64,000 nt of DNA from an uncultured Sphaerobacteraceae bacterium (GTDB taxonomy: Bacteria; Chloroflexota; Chloroflexia; Thermomicrobiales; UBA6265). The first letter of the stretch is position 1. Each line of letters starts with the position of its first letter. A program made the position numbers and the translations under genes. Below the pieces are notes generated by a model. It searched no databases. It was not told where the DNA came from and saw only the letters and a program-made list of their open reading frames with translations. The DNA is taken from positions 9,013 to 73,012 of the forward strand of contig CAYWSE010000006.1 of assembly GCA_964461025.1 (NCBI GenBank), read 5' to 3'. This document shows, in pieces, positions 17,952 through 26,676 of this stretch.

Positions 17952-19628
17952 CTAGATTCCGGCCGCCAACCCCTCGGCGCGGGGATCGGAACCACCGCAC
18001 AGCACGCCGCTCTCCGGGTCGCGCGAAATGACCTGGACCGACCCAAACTGCGCCCAGGGCTCCTGCACTTCCAGTGTGTGACCCTTTTCAAGCAAACCCT
18101 CGATCGTCTCCTCGCCGATCTGCGATTCGATCCGAACCTCATAGGGATTGCCCATGTCGATCGGATAGGTCGAGGGAAAGACGGTCCAGCGAGGCACTTC
18201 GGTCGCTGCCTGGGCATCCAGACCGGCGTCGAGCAGACCAGTGATCGTTTGAATGTTCCACTGCGGCTGACTGTCGCCGCCCGGTGTGCCGCCGACCAGA
18301 AACGGCGTGCCGGTGCTGTCGCCGATCATGTAGCAGTTGAGGGTGTGCATCGTTTTCTTACCAGGTGCGTATTGGTTGGGATGTCCATCGTCGAGCGAGA
18401 AGCAGTTCCCCGCCCGGTTGTTGAGCAGGATGCCGGTTTCGCCGGCCACCACTCCGCTGCCAAACGCCGCCGAAACAGAGATGATCATCGACACCATCAT
18501 CCCCTCGCCGTCGATCGCGCAGAGATAGGTGGTGTCGCTCTCCGACAACCTCCCACCCGGCACGTCTGTTGCCGCCCGATTCGGATCGAGCGATTTCCGC
18601 CGTTCAGCGGCCCAGCCCTTGCTGATCAGCGTTTCAATCGGAAAATCGACAAAACTCGGATCGCCGCCGAATGCCACCCGGTCCGCGAACGCCAGCTTCA
18701 GCGCTTCGATCTGCTGATGGACGCCCTGCGTCGAGCTGATCCCCATGGCGCCGAAGTCGTCCGCTTCGACGATGTTTAGCGACTCCAGGAGCACCAACCC
18801 CGGCGTCGGATAGCCGGTTTCGTAGATCGTGTAATCCCTGTATGTCGTCTTGATCGGCGCTACCACGTCTGCTTCGTGATCGGCGAAATCGCTGGCCTCC
18901 AGCTTGCCGCCGAGCGCCAGAAGTGCATCGGTGATCTGCTCGCCAAGGTGACCGTTGTAGAAAACGGCTTCACCGTCTGCTGCAATCGCCTGAATCGCCC
19001 GCGCCAGATTGGGTTGCTTCAGCAACTCACCGACCTGTGGCACCCGCCCCGCCGGCACGAAGGTTGCCTTCGAGGCCGGAAACGACGAAAGAAGCGCCTC
19101 GTTTGCAGCCAGCTGACGCGCCAGCGTTGGCACGACCGGGAAACCATCCGCCGCGTATCCGACCGCCAACCGGGTCAACTCCTCCATCGGCTTCGTTCCG
19201 TACATCCGGTGCAGTTCGCCGACTCCCGCTGGAAACCCGGGCACCGACGGCGACAGAGGTCCCTGCTGGGCCATCACCCTGCCCCCCTCGTCGCCATGTT
19301 CCCGCATGAATTCGAGCGAGGCGTTGCGCGGCCCAATGCCGCTGCTGAGCACGGTGACCGGATCGTCGCCCGGCTTGGAAACGATGGCGAAGAGATCGCC
19401 ACCGACACCGCACGCCGCCGGCATCACCACTGCCGCCGTCCACGCGCCGGCGATCGTCGCGTCGACCGCGTTCCCACCCGCCGCCAGCACGCTCAGAATC
19501 GATCCGGTGACCAGCGGATGCTGACCAGCGCCCATGCCATTGGTCGACAACACGGGCGTGCCGCGCCGGCGCGTGGCATTGGGAAAGGGAATTGATGCAT
19601 CGCGGGGAAATCCTGGTACCACAATCAA
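17952..19628 (-). CDS. ggt: Gamma-glutamyltransferase
   Basis: Motifs GGNAVDA, the autoprocessing site SDTTYLC, and GGTPGGDSQPQW. The start is uncertain: TTG at 19628 or ATG at 19535. Confidence 0.9.
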   Translation of the reverse strand: MIVVPGFPRDASIPFPNATRRRGTPVLSTNGMGAGQHPLVTGSILSVLAAGGNAVDATIAGAWTAAVVMPAACGVGGDLFAIVSKPGDDPVTVLSSGIGPRNASLEFMREHGDEGGRVMAQQGPLSPSVPGFPAGVGELHRMYGTKPMEELTRLAVGYAADGFPVVPTLARQLAANEALLSSFPASKATFVPAGRVPQVGELLKQPNLARAIQAIAADGEAVFYNGHLGEQITDALLALGGKLEASDFADHEADVVAPIKTTYRDYTIYETGYPTPGLVLLESLNIVEADDFGAMGISSTQGVHQQIEALKLAFADRVAFGGDPSFVDFPIETLISKGWAAERRKSLDPNRAATDVPGGRLSESDTTYLCAIDGEGMMVSMIISVSAAFGSGVVAGETGILLNNRAGNCFSLDDGHPNQYAPGKKTMHTLNCYMIGDSTGTPFLVGGTPGGDSQPQWNIQTITGLLDAGLDAQAATEVPRWTVFPSTYPIDMGNPYEVRIESQIGEETIEGLLEKGHTLEVQEPWAQFGSVQVISRDPESGVLCGGSDPRAEGLAAGI

Positions 19629-19730
19629 CCTCCGGCTGTCGTCGGAGCGTTTAGCCCGACGTCAATGACTTGAACATGCGACAGTATGCCCGACACAGCC
19701 AGCCGATTCTCGGTGAAAGGAGCGCGAGCG

Positions 19731-20477
19731 ATGTGTCATCCAGATCTGACGATGCCAGTCTCAGGTGGCGACGGAACCACCTTCGAGCAAATCGTCGTCC
19801 CCGGCGAAGGCATCGGCCTCCCCTGCTACCTGGCCCGGCCGGCCGAAACAAATGCGCCGGCGGTTCTGATCATCCATGACGTCCATGGCGCGAACGCCTT
19901 TTATCAGGACCTCGCTCGGCGGCTCGCCGGTGAGGGCTTCAATGCGCTCTTGCCAGATTTCTTCGTCCGGCAAGGACCTCCCACTGATTCGACCCGTGAG
20001 GCCGTGATGGAACGCGCCAAATTGCTCGACCAGCTGGTCGCCCTCGAGGACATCGCCCACGTCGTCACGTGGCTGGGTTCGGAGATTTCCAGCCAAATCG
20101 CCGTGCTGGGATTCTGCATGGGCGGCACCTTCGCTCTCCTGGCTGCCGGTCGTTCGCCCCTCCCATCGGCGGCGGTGGCGTACTACGGATTTCCGCAGGG
20201 ACGCCAGGGATGGCAGCACGTGCCGACGGACGAAGTCGGTCAGCTCCGATCACCGGTCCTCGCGCTCTGGGGCGACCAGGATCATGGCGTCGGCATGGAC
20301 AATGTCGCAGCCTGGCAGCAAGCCGCCGATGCCGCCGAAAAGGATGTCGACATTGTCATCTACCCAGGTCTTCCGCACGGCTTCCTGACCTTCGACCCCG
20401 ATTCCCCGAACTACGAAGGAGCGCAGGATTCCTGGACACGCACCCTCACCTTCCTGCGCGAGAAACTGGCCGCATGA
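19731..20477 (+). CDS. Dienelactone hydrolase family protein
   Basis: GAAAGGAG at 19715-19722 precedes the ATG at 19731. Motifs VLIIHDVHG, the nucleophile elbow GFCMGG, and YPGLPHGF. Confidence 0.85.
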   Translation: MCHPDLTMPVSGGDGTTFEQIVVPGEGIGLPCYLARPAETNAPAVLIIHDVHGANAFYQDLARRLAGEGFNALLPDFFVRQGPPTDSTREAVMERAKLLDQLVALEDIAHVVTWLGSEISSQIAVLGFCMGGTFALLAAGRSPLPSAAVAYYGFPQGRQGWQHVPTDEVGQLRSPVLALWGDQDHGVGMDNVAAWQQAADAAEKDVDIVIYPGLPHGFLTFDPDSPNYEGAQDSWTRTLTFLREKLAA

Positions 20478-21109
20478 CCGATTCCGGCGTTGCGCTCGCA
20501 GACTTCTTCAAGGCGACCGGCAAACTCAAGGGAGTACCGCGCACCGGCTGGCTCGATCGGGGCATCTCGCCGCTCAACGTGGAGTCGGTCGCCGATCACA
20601 CCTGGCGAGTTGCACTAATGGCCTGGTTGCTTTCGGCTGAAGTCGAGGGCCTTAACCGCAATCGCGTCGTGCTCCTCGCACTCATCCACGACCTCGCTGA
20701 ATCGGTCACGGGCGATCTCCCCCCGTACGACCCTGCGGACCTCCCGCCCCCTGACGACCCCGCTCGCCACGCATCGTTCGAACATCGGCAGATCATGCCG
20801 GAGGATCAGAAGCGCGCAAAGCAGATCGCGGAAGACGCCGCTATCGAACGCCTCATCGCCAATCTTCCCGCTGCCATGAAAGTGGAGATCGCCTCGCTCT
20901 GGCAGGAGATGTCCGAGCGAACGACACCGGAAGCAAAATTCGTCAAAGAAATCGACCGCCTGGAGACCTTCCTGCAATCGCGAGAGTACCTGGAGGACTA
21001 TCCCGATCTTCCGGTCAAGTCCTTTCTGCTCGAAGTGCGGCAAACACTCGAAACACCGATCGTGCTTGAAGTCCGCGACGCCGTTATGCCCAACTCTCCG
21101 GACGGCTGA
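20474..21109 (+). CDS. HD-domain phosphohydrolase (YfbR-like 5'-nucleotidase type)
   Basis: ATGA start/stop overlap with the upstream gene. Motifs ESVADHTWRVA and LIHDLAESVTGD. Confidence 0.85.
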   Translation: MTDSGVALADFFKATGKLKGVPRTGWLDRGISPLNVESVADHTWRVALMAWLLSAEVEGLNRNRVVLLALIHDLAESVTGDLPPYDPADLPPPDDPARHASFEHRQIMPEDQKRAKQIAEDAAIERLIANLPAAMKVEIASLWQEMSERTTPEAKFVKEIDRLETFLQSREYLEDYPDLPVKSFLLEVRQTLETPIVLEVRDAVMPNSPDG

Positions 21110-21767
21110 TCCGTCCATGCTCGTCGGTCAGCTCGGCTGGAAACTGCGCCGCCGACAGCGCTTTCAGCGTCACCTTGCGATAGGTGACATTGGGAATCTG
21201 GGTGAGGTGCCAGGCCATCGTCACCTGCGGATTGAGCAGAATGGCCGGGTACCCTAATTCTTCACAGACCAACCGCAACGGCGTCGCAAGATCGGAATCG
21301 TTCGACACGATAACCGCCGTGTCGTAGCGTCGCCGAAACCCATCCGCCACCAGCCACGTCGCCAGATTGACGTCCGATCCTTTCTCCTCCGGAATCACGA
21401 CCCACTCCTGGCGCAACGGCTCGGCGTAGAGCTTGCGCGGAAACGGATCTGCCACGTAGCGCCGCTTCTTGTGGATCAGGAATTGCCCTTCGTGGATCGT
21501 CAGGTTCGGGATCGTTCCCAGTGCGCGCAGATAGTCATGCTGGCGGAGGGGGTCGTCGGGATCGATCGGCGTAGGCTTCAATCGCGCCGTGAAGTAGCGA
21601 ATCTGTTCGATCCGCAGAGCTGGAAACATCAGCTGACAGTATTTGCCGAGATCGAGCCATTTGTACGACCGCCACGCATGCGGCCGGGCCAGATTGTTGA
21701 AGCAGCCGTTGTAGAAGTTGAACCCGTCGAAATAGACGATCGCCCTTGGTCGCGCATCAGCGGGCAT
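21084..21767 (-). CDS. NYN-domain (LabA/limkain-b1-type) putative RNase
   Basis: Motifs IVYFDGFNFY, EKGSDVNLA and VIVSNDSDL. Its 3' end overlaps the convergent HD gene by 26 nt. Confidence 0.8.
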   Translation of the reverse strand: MPADARPRAIVYFDGFNFYNGCFNNLARPHAWRSYKWLDLGKYCQLMFPALRIEQIRYFTARLKPTPIDPDDPLRQHDYLRALGTIPNLTIHEGQFLIHKKRRYVADPFPRKLYAEPLRQEWVVIPEEKGSDVNLATWLVADGFRRRYDTAVIVSNDSDLATPLRLVCEELGYPAILLNPQVTMAWHLTQIPNVTYRKVTLKALSAAQFPAELTDEHGRISRPESWA

Positions 21768-21885
21768 TCGTCATGTCCTTTCCCAACAGAAATGCGAAGA
21801 CCGCCCGGAGGCGGTCCCGCGCCCTGCCGTGGTGGCGACAGGGGAAGTGGATTCAGTATATCAAGAACTGCTCAAAAAGGGATCA

Positions 21886-22215
21886 TCAGGCGGTCAGCGT
21901 TGCCTTCTCGACCTCTGCAAGGTTCGGCCATTCGCTCGTAGAATCGGCCGCGAACTGCAGCCACGACCGGCGCAGCGCAGTTCCAAGGCTCACGTTAGTG
22001 AATGCCTCAGGGCTGTCTTGCCACTGGTAGAGGAAATTCTGGATGCGCCAACCGAGTCGAAGTGCCGCCGAATCGGCGGCCATCCGGGCCTCCCACGACG
22101 CGTTCATAAACCACGTGTTGAATTCTCCAATTGAAACAACGCCTCCCTCCAGCTTGCCGATGTACTCGGAGAGTCTTGAGAGCAGCATGTCGATGTTCTC
22201 GTGGGAGTCACTCAT
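21886..22215 (-). CDS. Small hypothetical protein, paralog 1 of a tandem pair
   Basis: ATG at 22215 (MSDSHENIDMLLSRLSEYIG...). Shares L..RL.S....(E/D)F..WF...W(E/D)A with the adjacent gene. Lies in a lower-GC region. Confidence 0.55.
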   Translation of the reverse strand: MSDSHENIDMLLSRLSEYIGKLEGGVVSIGEFNTWFMNASWEARMAADSAALRLGWRIQNFLYQWQDSPEAFTNVSLGTALRRSWLQFAADSTSEWPNLAEVEKATLTA

Positions 22216-22264
22216 GACCGGGGTGGCGATCAAGTCGAATATGAGTCCTGATGCAAACCTAAAT

Positions 22265-22555
22265 TCACGAAGCGTGGGAGTATGCTGCCTCGGTTCGATC
22301 GGCGAACCGCCCCTTGTGTTCGAGCCACGTCTCCCCGATCTTCCGCCGAAAGGTCTCCTCATTCCAGACGCCATCGTCCAAAATGTACGTGTAGTGTTCG
22401 ATCGTTGAGGCTAGTTCGAAAATGGAATCGTCAACAGACGACTCGGCGTCCCACCAGGCCCTGCTGAACCAGTGTCTGAAGTCCGATACGGCTTCCGTAT
22501 CACTCAGCAGTCTGGTCAAGTGCAGATCGAGATCGTCGAGAAACGTTGTCGCCAC
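22265..22555 (-). CDS. Small hypothetical protein, paralog 2 of a tandem pair
   Basis: GTG at 22555 lies 7 nt after GGGAG. The sequence VATTFLDDLDLHLTRLLSDTEAVSDFRHWFSRAWWDAE parallels paralog 1. The alternative ATG at 22690 would add a Ser-rich, non-protein-like extension. Confidence 0.5.
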   Translation of the reverse strand: MATTFLDDLDLHLTRLLSDTEAVSDFRHWFSRAWWDAESSVDDSIFELASTIEHYTYILDDGVWNEETFRRKIGETWLEHKGRFADRTEAAYSHAS

Positions 22556-23062
22556 GATTTGGCTCCCGAGTCGTGAATTGAGAGCAAAGTTCGATGAACT
22601 GGCACTTGTGCAGGTGGCTCTCGCTGAAGAGTATACGTGTTGCCTGCACAAAGCGACGCTGGTGCGACTCGGCGACGGCACTGAGGCCATGTCGCTGACC
22701 GTAGGTTTCGAGGATCAACGAGGCGTTCGTCGTTTGACTGTGCATACCTATGTGGATGATGCGGGGCGAATTATCAGCCGCGGCGGCAAACTTGACCCAA
22801 AGTTCTTTCTGGACGAGCAGCAAGTCGCATACAAAATCGATCAGCGATGACGATCAACAGTTGTCCGACTAAGGTTTGCCCCCTCAGAGAACTTTGAGTT
22901 CCCCTCGATAGCGAGCCGGTTTCCGCGTTTCCCCCTTTCCGTCTGCTTGTCCTCAGGCGCTGATACACAAGTAAGAAGAAGCTCGTGATACGATCCGCTC
23001 AGTGGAGCAAAACATCTGCACGGCGATTCGCGGGTTCCGTTCTTGACCAAATGGGAGTTCGC

Positions 23063-24028
23063 ATGACCTCGATGACCTTCGGCATCATGAGTTTCTGTGT
23101 TAGCCCATACGAAGAGCTGGCTCAACGGTTTCGGTTCGCGGAGTCGCTCGGTTTCTCCTCAGCCTGGGTCGATGACGATATCTACACACCGAATACCTCC
23201 GAATTCGATTCATGGACGCTGCTCGCGGCGCTGGCTCGCGACACTTCCCGCATTCGGCTCGGCACGCTGGTCGCCGTTCCGACCTACCGCCATCCTTCGA
23301 TTTTCGCCGCACAGGTGATGACCGCCGATCATCTCTCCGGCGGTCGCATACAGCTCGGCTTTGGCGCCGGCGGACCGCCAAACAATTACGGGGCGTTTGG
23401 TCTGGACGATTGGACCGCCCAGGAGCGGGCAGGGCACTTCGAGGAGCAGACCGAAATCCTCGACAAGCTGCTGCGCGGCGAGCTCGTCAACTATCACGGC
23501 CGCCACTATCAGATCAGAAATGCCCAGCTCACGCCGTCTGTCCAGCAACCCCGACCGCCATTGATTCTGGCCGCCCACGGTGAGCGAGGATTGCGGTTGA
23601 CCGCGCGTCTCGCCGACGTCTGGAACTCTTTGGGTGGTCAACCCTATCGCATCGCCTGGGATCCTGCGAAACGAGTCAGTTTCGAGACCGCGGTCGAGAA
23701 CACCCGGCGATTGAGCGAGCACCTCGACGAATACTGCGTTCAGATCGGTCGCGATCCCCTTACATTGCGTCGTAGCATCATCAACTACCGGCCGGTGTTC
23801 GATCCCCTTGCTTCGCTCGACGCCTTCGACGAGTATGTCGGCCGCTACCGCGAAATCGGCGTCTCGGAGATCATTTTCTACTGGCCCCCGCTCGACAACA
23901 TCTTCCCCAGCGCGGGCGGCGGGGCGACCTCCGACGCGCCATTCGCCGACGCCGAACCGGTCACCGCGGCCCAGCAGGCGACGTTCGAAAAGATCGCGAC
24001 GGAACGCATTCTGCCAACATCCGTGTAG
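23063..24028 (+). CDS. Luciferase-like monooxygenase (LLM) family, F420-type oxidoreductase
   Basis: GGGAG lies 5 nt before the ATG at 23063. Motifs GFSSAWVDD, IRLGTLV and RIQLGFGAGG. Confidence 0.8.
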   Translation: MTSMTFGIMSFCVSPYEELAQRFRFAESLGFSSAWVDDDIYTPNTSEFDSWTLLAALARDTSRIRLGTLVAVPTYRHPSIFAAQVMTADHLSGGRIQLGFGAGGPPNNYGAFGLDDWTAQERAGHFEEQTEILDKLLRGELVNYHGRHYQIRNAQLTPSVQQPRPPLILAAHGERGLRLTARLADVWNSLGGQPYRIAWDPAKRVSFETAVENTRRLSEHLDEYCVQIGRDPLTLRRSIINYRPVFDPLASLDAFDEYVGRYREIGVSEIIFYWPPLDNIFPSAGGGATSDAPFADAEPVTAAQQATFEKIATERILPTSV

Positions 24029-24196
24029 GGGTGCCTCTCGTGGGTACTATTTTCTCACGCAAGGGAGGTCCGAATCAATGAACACTGTCAAGACATGGTT
24101 CTGGTGGACACACACCGTCTGGCGAAGACGGGCAGGCACGAGGTCGGCCCTTGCAGGACTGCTGTGAAGCGACTCCCATCACTAGACCTAGCCGCG

Positions 24197-25219
24197 TCAA
24201 TCGGCAGAATTGATTTCTTTCTTGTTGATCTTCCCGATTGAGGTGTTGAAGTGGTCCTCAACGGGGCCCCGCTCAGAGTCTCTCTGTTTCCGATAAACGT
24301 CATATTGCGCATGCGCCCGCTCGAGTGCCTGAATTCTCGACACCGATCCACTGTTCGAGAGGATTTCCCGTCCAGAAAGGGCGAGAAATCCGTCAATCTT
24401 TTCCAGCCAGTCCTTCATGTAAATCGGCGTTCTGCCGATTGCTTGCAGTTCGGCAAAGTCGAGGCAAAGCGTGACGATTCGGTTGAGCAGAGAGAGCTCG
24501 TCTTCAAAAAGATAGTTCTTGGCGATTTCTGCCTCGCTCCGAGTCAATTGAGCGCCAACCCAATTGGTCATCCCCATATTGGGCCTGTTGGCATCAGCGC
24601 GTGAGTAGATGATTTCTGCCGCTGTTTTGCCGTGCGCGGCAAAATGCATCTTGTTCTGTACGGTTGCAAAGAACAGCTTTGACACCTCGGAGGCAGGATC
24701 GTAGTCAATACTCGTTGAGAAGATGTCCAGAACCTTCCGCCAGAACACTCTCTCGCTGGACCGAATATCCCGGATACGTTCGAGGAGTTCCTCAAAGTAG
24801 TTTCCGCCCCCTGCTCGCTTGAGCAAATCATCGTTAAGGAGGAAACCTTTGATCAGGTACTCTCGAATGTGTTTTGTTGCCCAAATGCGAAACTGCGTGC
24901 CTCGATGTGATTTCACCCGGTATCCAACCGAAATAATGACGTCGAGGTTGTGATAGGCAATTTCCCTGGTCACCTCACGTTCGCCCTCGAGTTGAACTGT
25001 TGCAAAAAATGCAACAGTTGCCTCTCGGTCGAGTTCGCCTTCTGAGAAGACATTCGAGATATGCCGTGAAATGACGGACTTGTCTCGCTGAAACAACTCG
25101 GCCATTTGGTCGAGGGACAACCAGACTGTCTCGCCGATCAGGCGGACTTCGATGTCGGCGCCGTCTTCCGCAGCGAAGAGCAGAAACTCGGTTCTCTCAG
25201 GGATGCTCTGGTCTGCCAA
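24197..25219 (-). CDS. RhuM family virulence/DNA-binding protein
   Basis: Blocks ETVWLSLDQMAELFQRDKSVISRHI, AYHNLDVIISVGYRVKS..GTQFRIWAT and NYFEELLERIRDIRSSER. This gene has the lowest GC in the window by eye. Confidence 0.85.
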   Translation of the reverse strand: MADQSIPERTEFLLFAAEDGADIEVRLIGETVWLSLDQMAELFQRDKSVISRHISNVFSEGELDREATVAFFATVQLEGEREVTREIAYHNLDVIISVGYRVKSHRGTQFRIWATKHIREYLIKGFLLNDDLLKRAGGGNYFEELLERIRDIRSSERVFWRKVLDIFSTSIDYDPASEVSKLFFATVQNKMHFAAHGKTAAEIIYSRADANRPNMGMTNWVGAQLTRSEAEIAKNYLFEDELSLLNRIVTLCLDFAELQAIGRTPIYMKDWLEKIDGFLALSGREILSNSGSVSRIQALERAHAQYDVYRKQRDSERGPVEDHFNTSIGKINKKEINSAD

Positions 25220-25230
25220 TGTCGTTTGGA

Positions 25231-26583
25231 TCAGCCTGCCGCAAACGCAGGCAACATCCCCTGCTCATCGAAAGGCATATCGGTGAACTCGCCGAGCGCG
25301 GTCACTTTGCCGGTCGCTTCCAGCTCCGGCCAGAGCGCTTCCGACACCCATAGATCCTCGACGTCCTTCGTGTTCCGGATGCGGGCGATCTTCACGCTCT
25401 CGATCCGCGTGTGCATGGCGCTGCCGATTGCCAGATAGAGCGCCTGCCGATCGTTGTCGATGACCATCGGCAACCGTCCACCGGCCGGATACTTCGAGGT
25501 GATCACGTTCATATAGGTGAAAGTCGGATTGATCTTATCGGCCAGCTGTTTGAGAACAAAGTCGCCAAGACCGACCCCCGTCGCGTTGCCCTCGGTGTCT
25601 GGCGTCAGATCCCGAAAGATCACCCGGTGGATGTCTGGTTTGGGAATGATCTCGCTCTTAAGCAACTCGCCGGAGACGTCCCGGTTGATCACATTCGGGT
25701 CGGCGCCGTCGCCACTGATGTCCTTGCCGATCTGGTCGACGATCAGCACGTCGATGCGCTCGCCGGGCAGCCGCCCCATCCGCTCGCGGGCGATCTTCAA
25801 CAACTCGATCTCCCGCTCGTGGATTTTCGGACCAGGCATCGCTTCGATCAGACTCAGATGACTATGCCCGTTCTCGACGATCCCAATCCCGAAGTTCATG
25901 TTGGCGTGACTGATGCTGAACCGCCCCACGGCAGGAATCAGTCGGTGGAACTCCGGGAAACCGTGGCTGTGAAAGACATCGGCCCCCTTCTGCTTGCCCA
26001 GACCGATCGCGATCATCTTCATCAATCCGGACTCGATCGGTCCGTGGAAGTCGGTATGCGGCTTGATCCGGCCGACCGGAATGACGACGTCCGCTTCATA
26101 CGCGTTTTTGTCGAAGTAGACGGGAACATCATCCTCCACCGAGCCGAGCAGTACCGTCTCCATGCTCGACCGGATCGGACAACCCATCGCCTCTTCGGTG
26201 ACGCCGTAATGCGCGATCAGCTCGCGCTGTCCTTCCGCCGTCGCCCCTCCATGACTTCCCATCGCCGGTACGATGAACGGCACGCCACCACACGCCCGAA
26301 CCTGGTCGACCACTGCGCGCGTGATGTCGGCGATGCGATGAATTCCTCTGCTGCCGCAGGTGATCGCTACCGACGCCCCCGGCGCAATCGAATCCCCAAT
26401 GCCCGGCTTCGCGAACTCCGTGGCCATCGCGGCCGGAATGTCTTCGATCTCCTCGCTGTTCAGCTCCTGACGCACGAGCCGCCAGCGAGGCAGTTCGCCA
26501 CGCACAAATACGTTCAAACCTTCGAGTGACATTGCAGTTCGCTCCTGCCCGATCTCGCGGACCGTGCCTTGATAGAAACCCAT
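25231..26583 (-). CDS. LarA-like (DUF2088, lactate-racemase N-terminal domain) protein
   Basis: The architecture resembles the LarA N-domain: VAITCGSRG, VPAMGSHGG and VGRIKPHTDFHGPIESGLMKM. The function call is tentative. An alternative start is at 26532. Confidence 0.6.
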   Translation of the reverse strand: MGFYQGTVREIGQERTAMSLEGLNVFVRGELPRWRLVRQELNSEEIEDIPAAMATEFAKPGIGDSIAPGASVAITCGSRGIHRIADITRAVVDQVRACGGVPFIVPAMGSHGGATAEGQRELIAHYGVTEEAMGCPIRSSMETVLLGSVEDDVPVYFDKNAYEADVVIPVGRIKPHTDFHGPIESGLMKMIAIGLGKQKGADVFHSHGFPEFHRLIPAVGRFSISHANMNFGIGIVENGHSHLSLIEAMPGPKIHEREIELLKIARERMGRLPGERIDVLIVDQIGKDISGDGADPNVINRDVSGELLKSEIIPKPDIHRVIFRDLTPDTEGNATGVGLGDFVLKQLADKINPTFTYMNVITSKYPAGGRLPMVIDNDRQALYLAIGSAMHTRIESVKIARIRNTKDVEDLWVSEALWPELEATGKVTALGEFTDMPFDEQGMLPAFAAG

Positions 26584-26676
26584 ACTCGCCGCTTCAATCG
26601 GTCATGTCAACTTTGCGCCGATACCGCATATGATTCGGCGATGCGGTTTCGATGATTTCACGATGAGGAAAGACAG

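Noticed and set aside
22422-22850. A 142-aa plus-strand ORF in the islet, partly antisense to small paralog 2.
   Set aside because: Its 3' half looks weakly protein-like. However, it has no convincing start or SD outside the overlap and no recognisable motif, and it would leave no promoter space opposite the minus-strand gene. I could not decide, so it is not reported as a feature.
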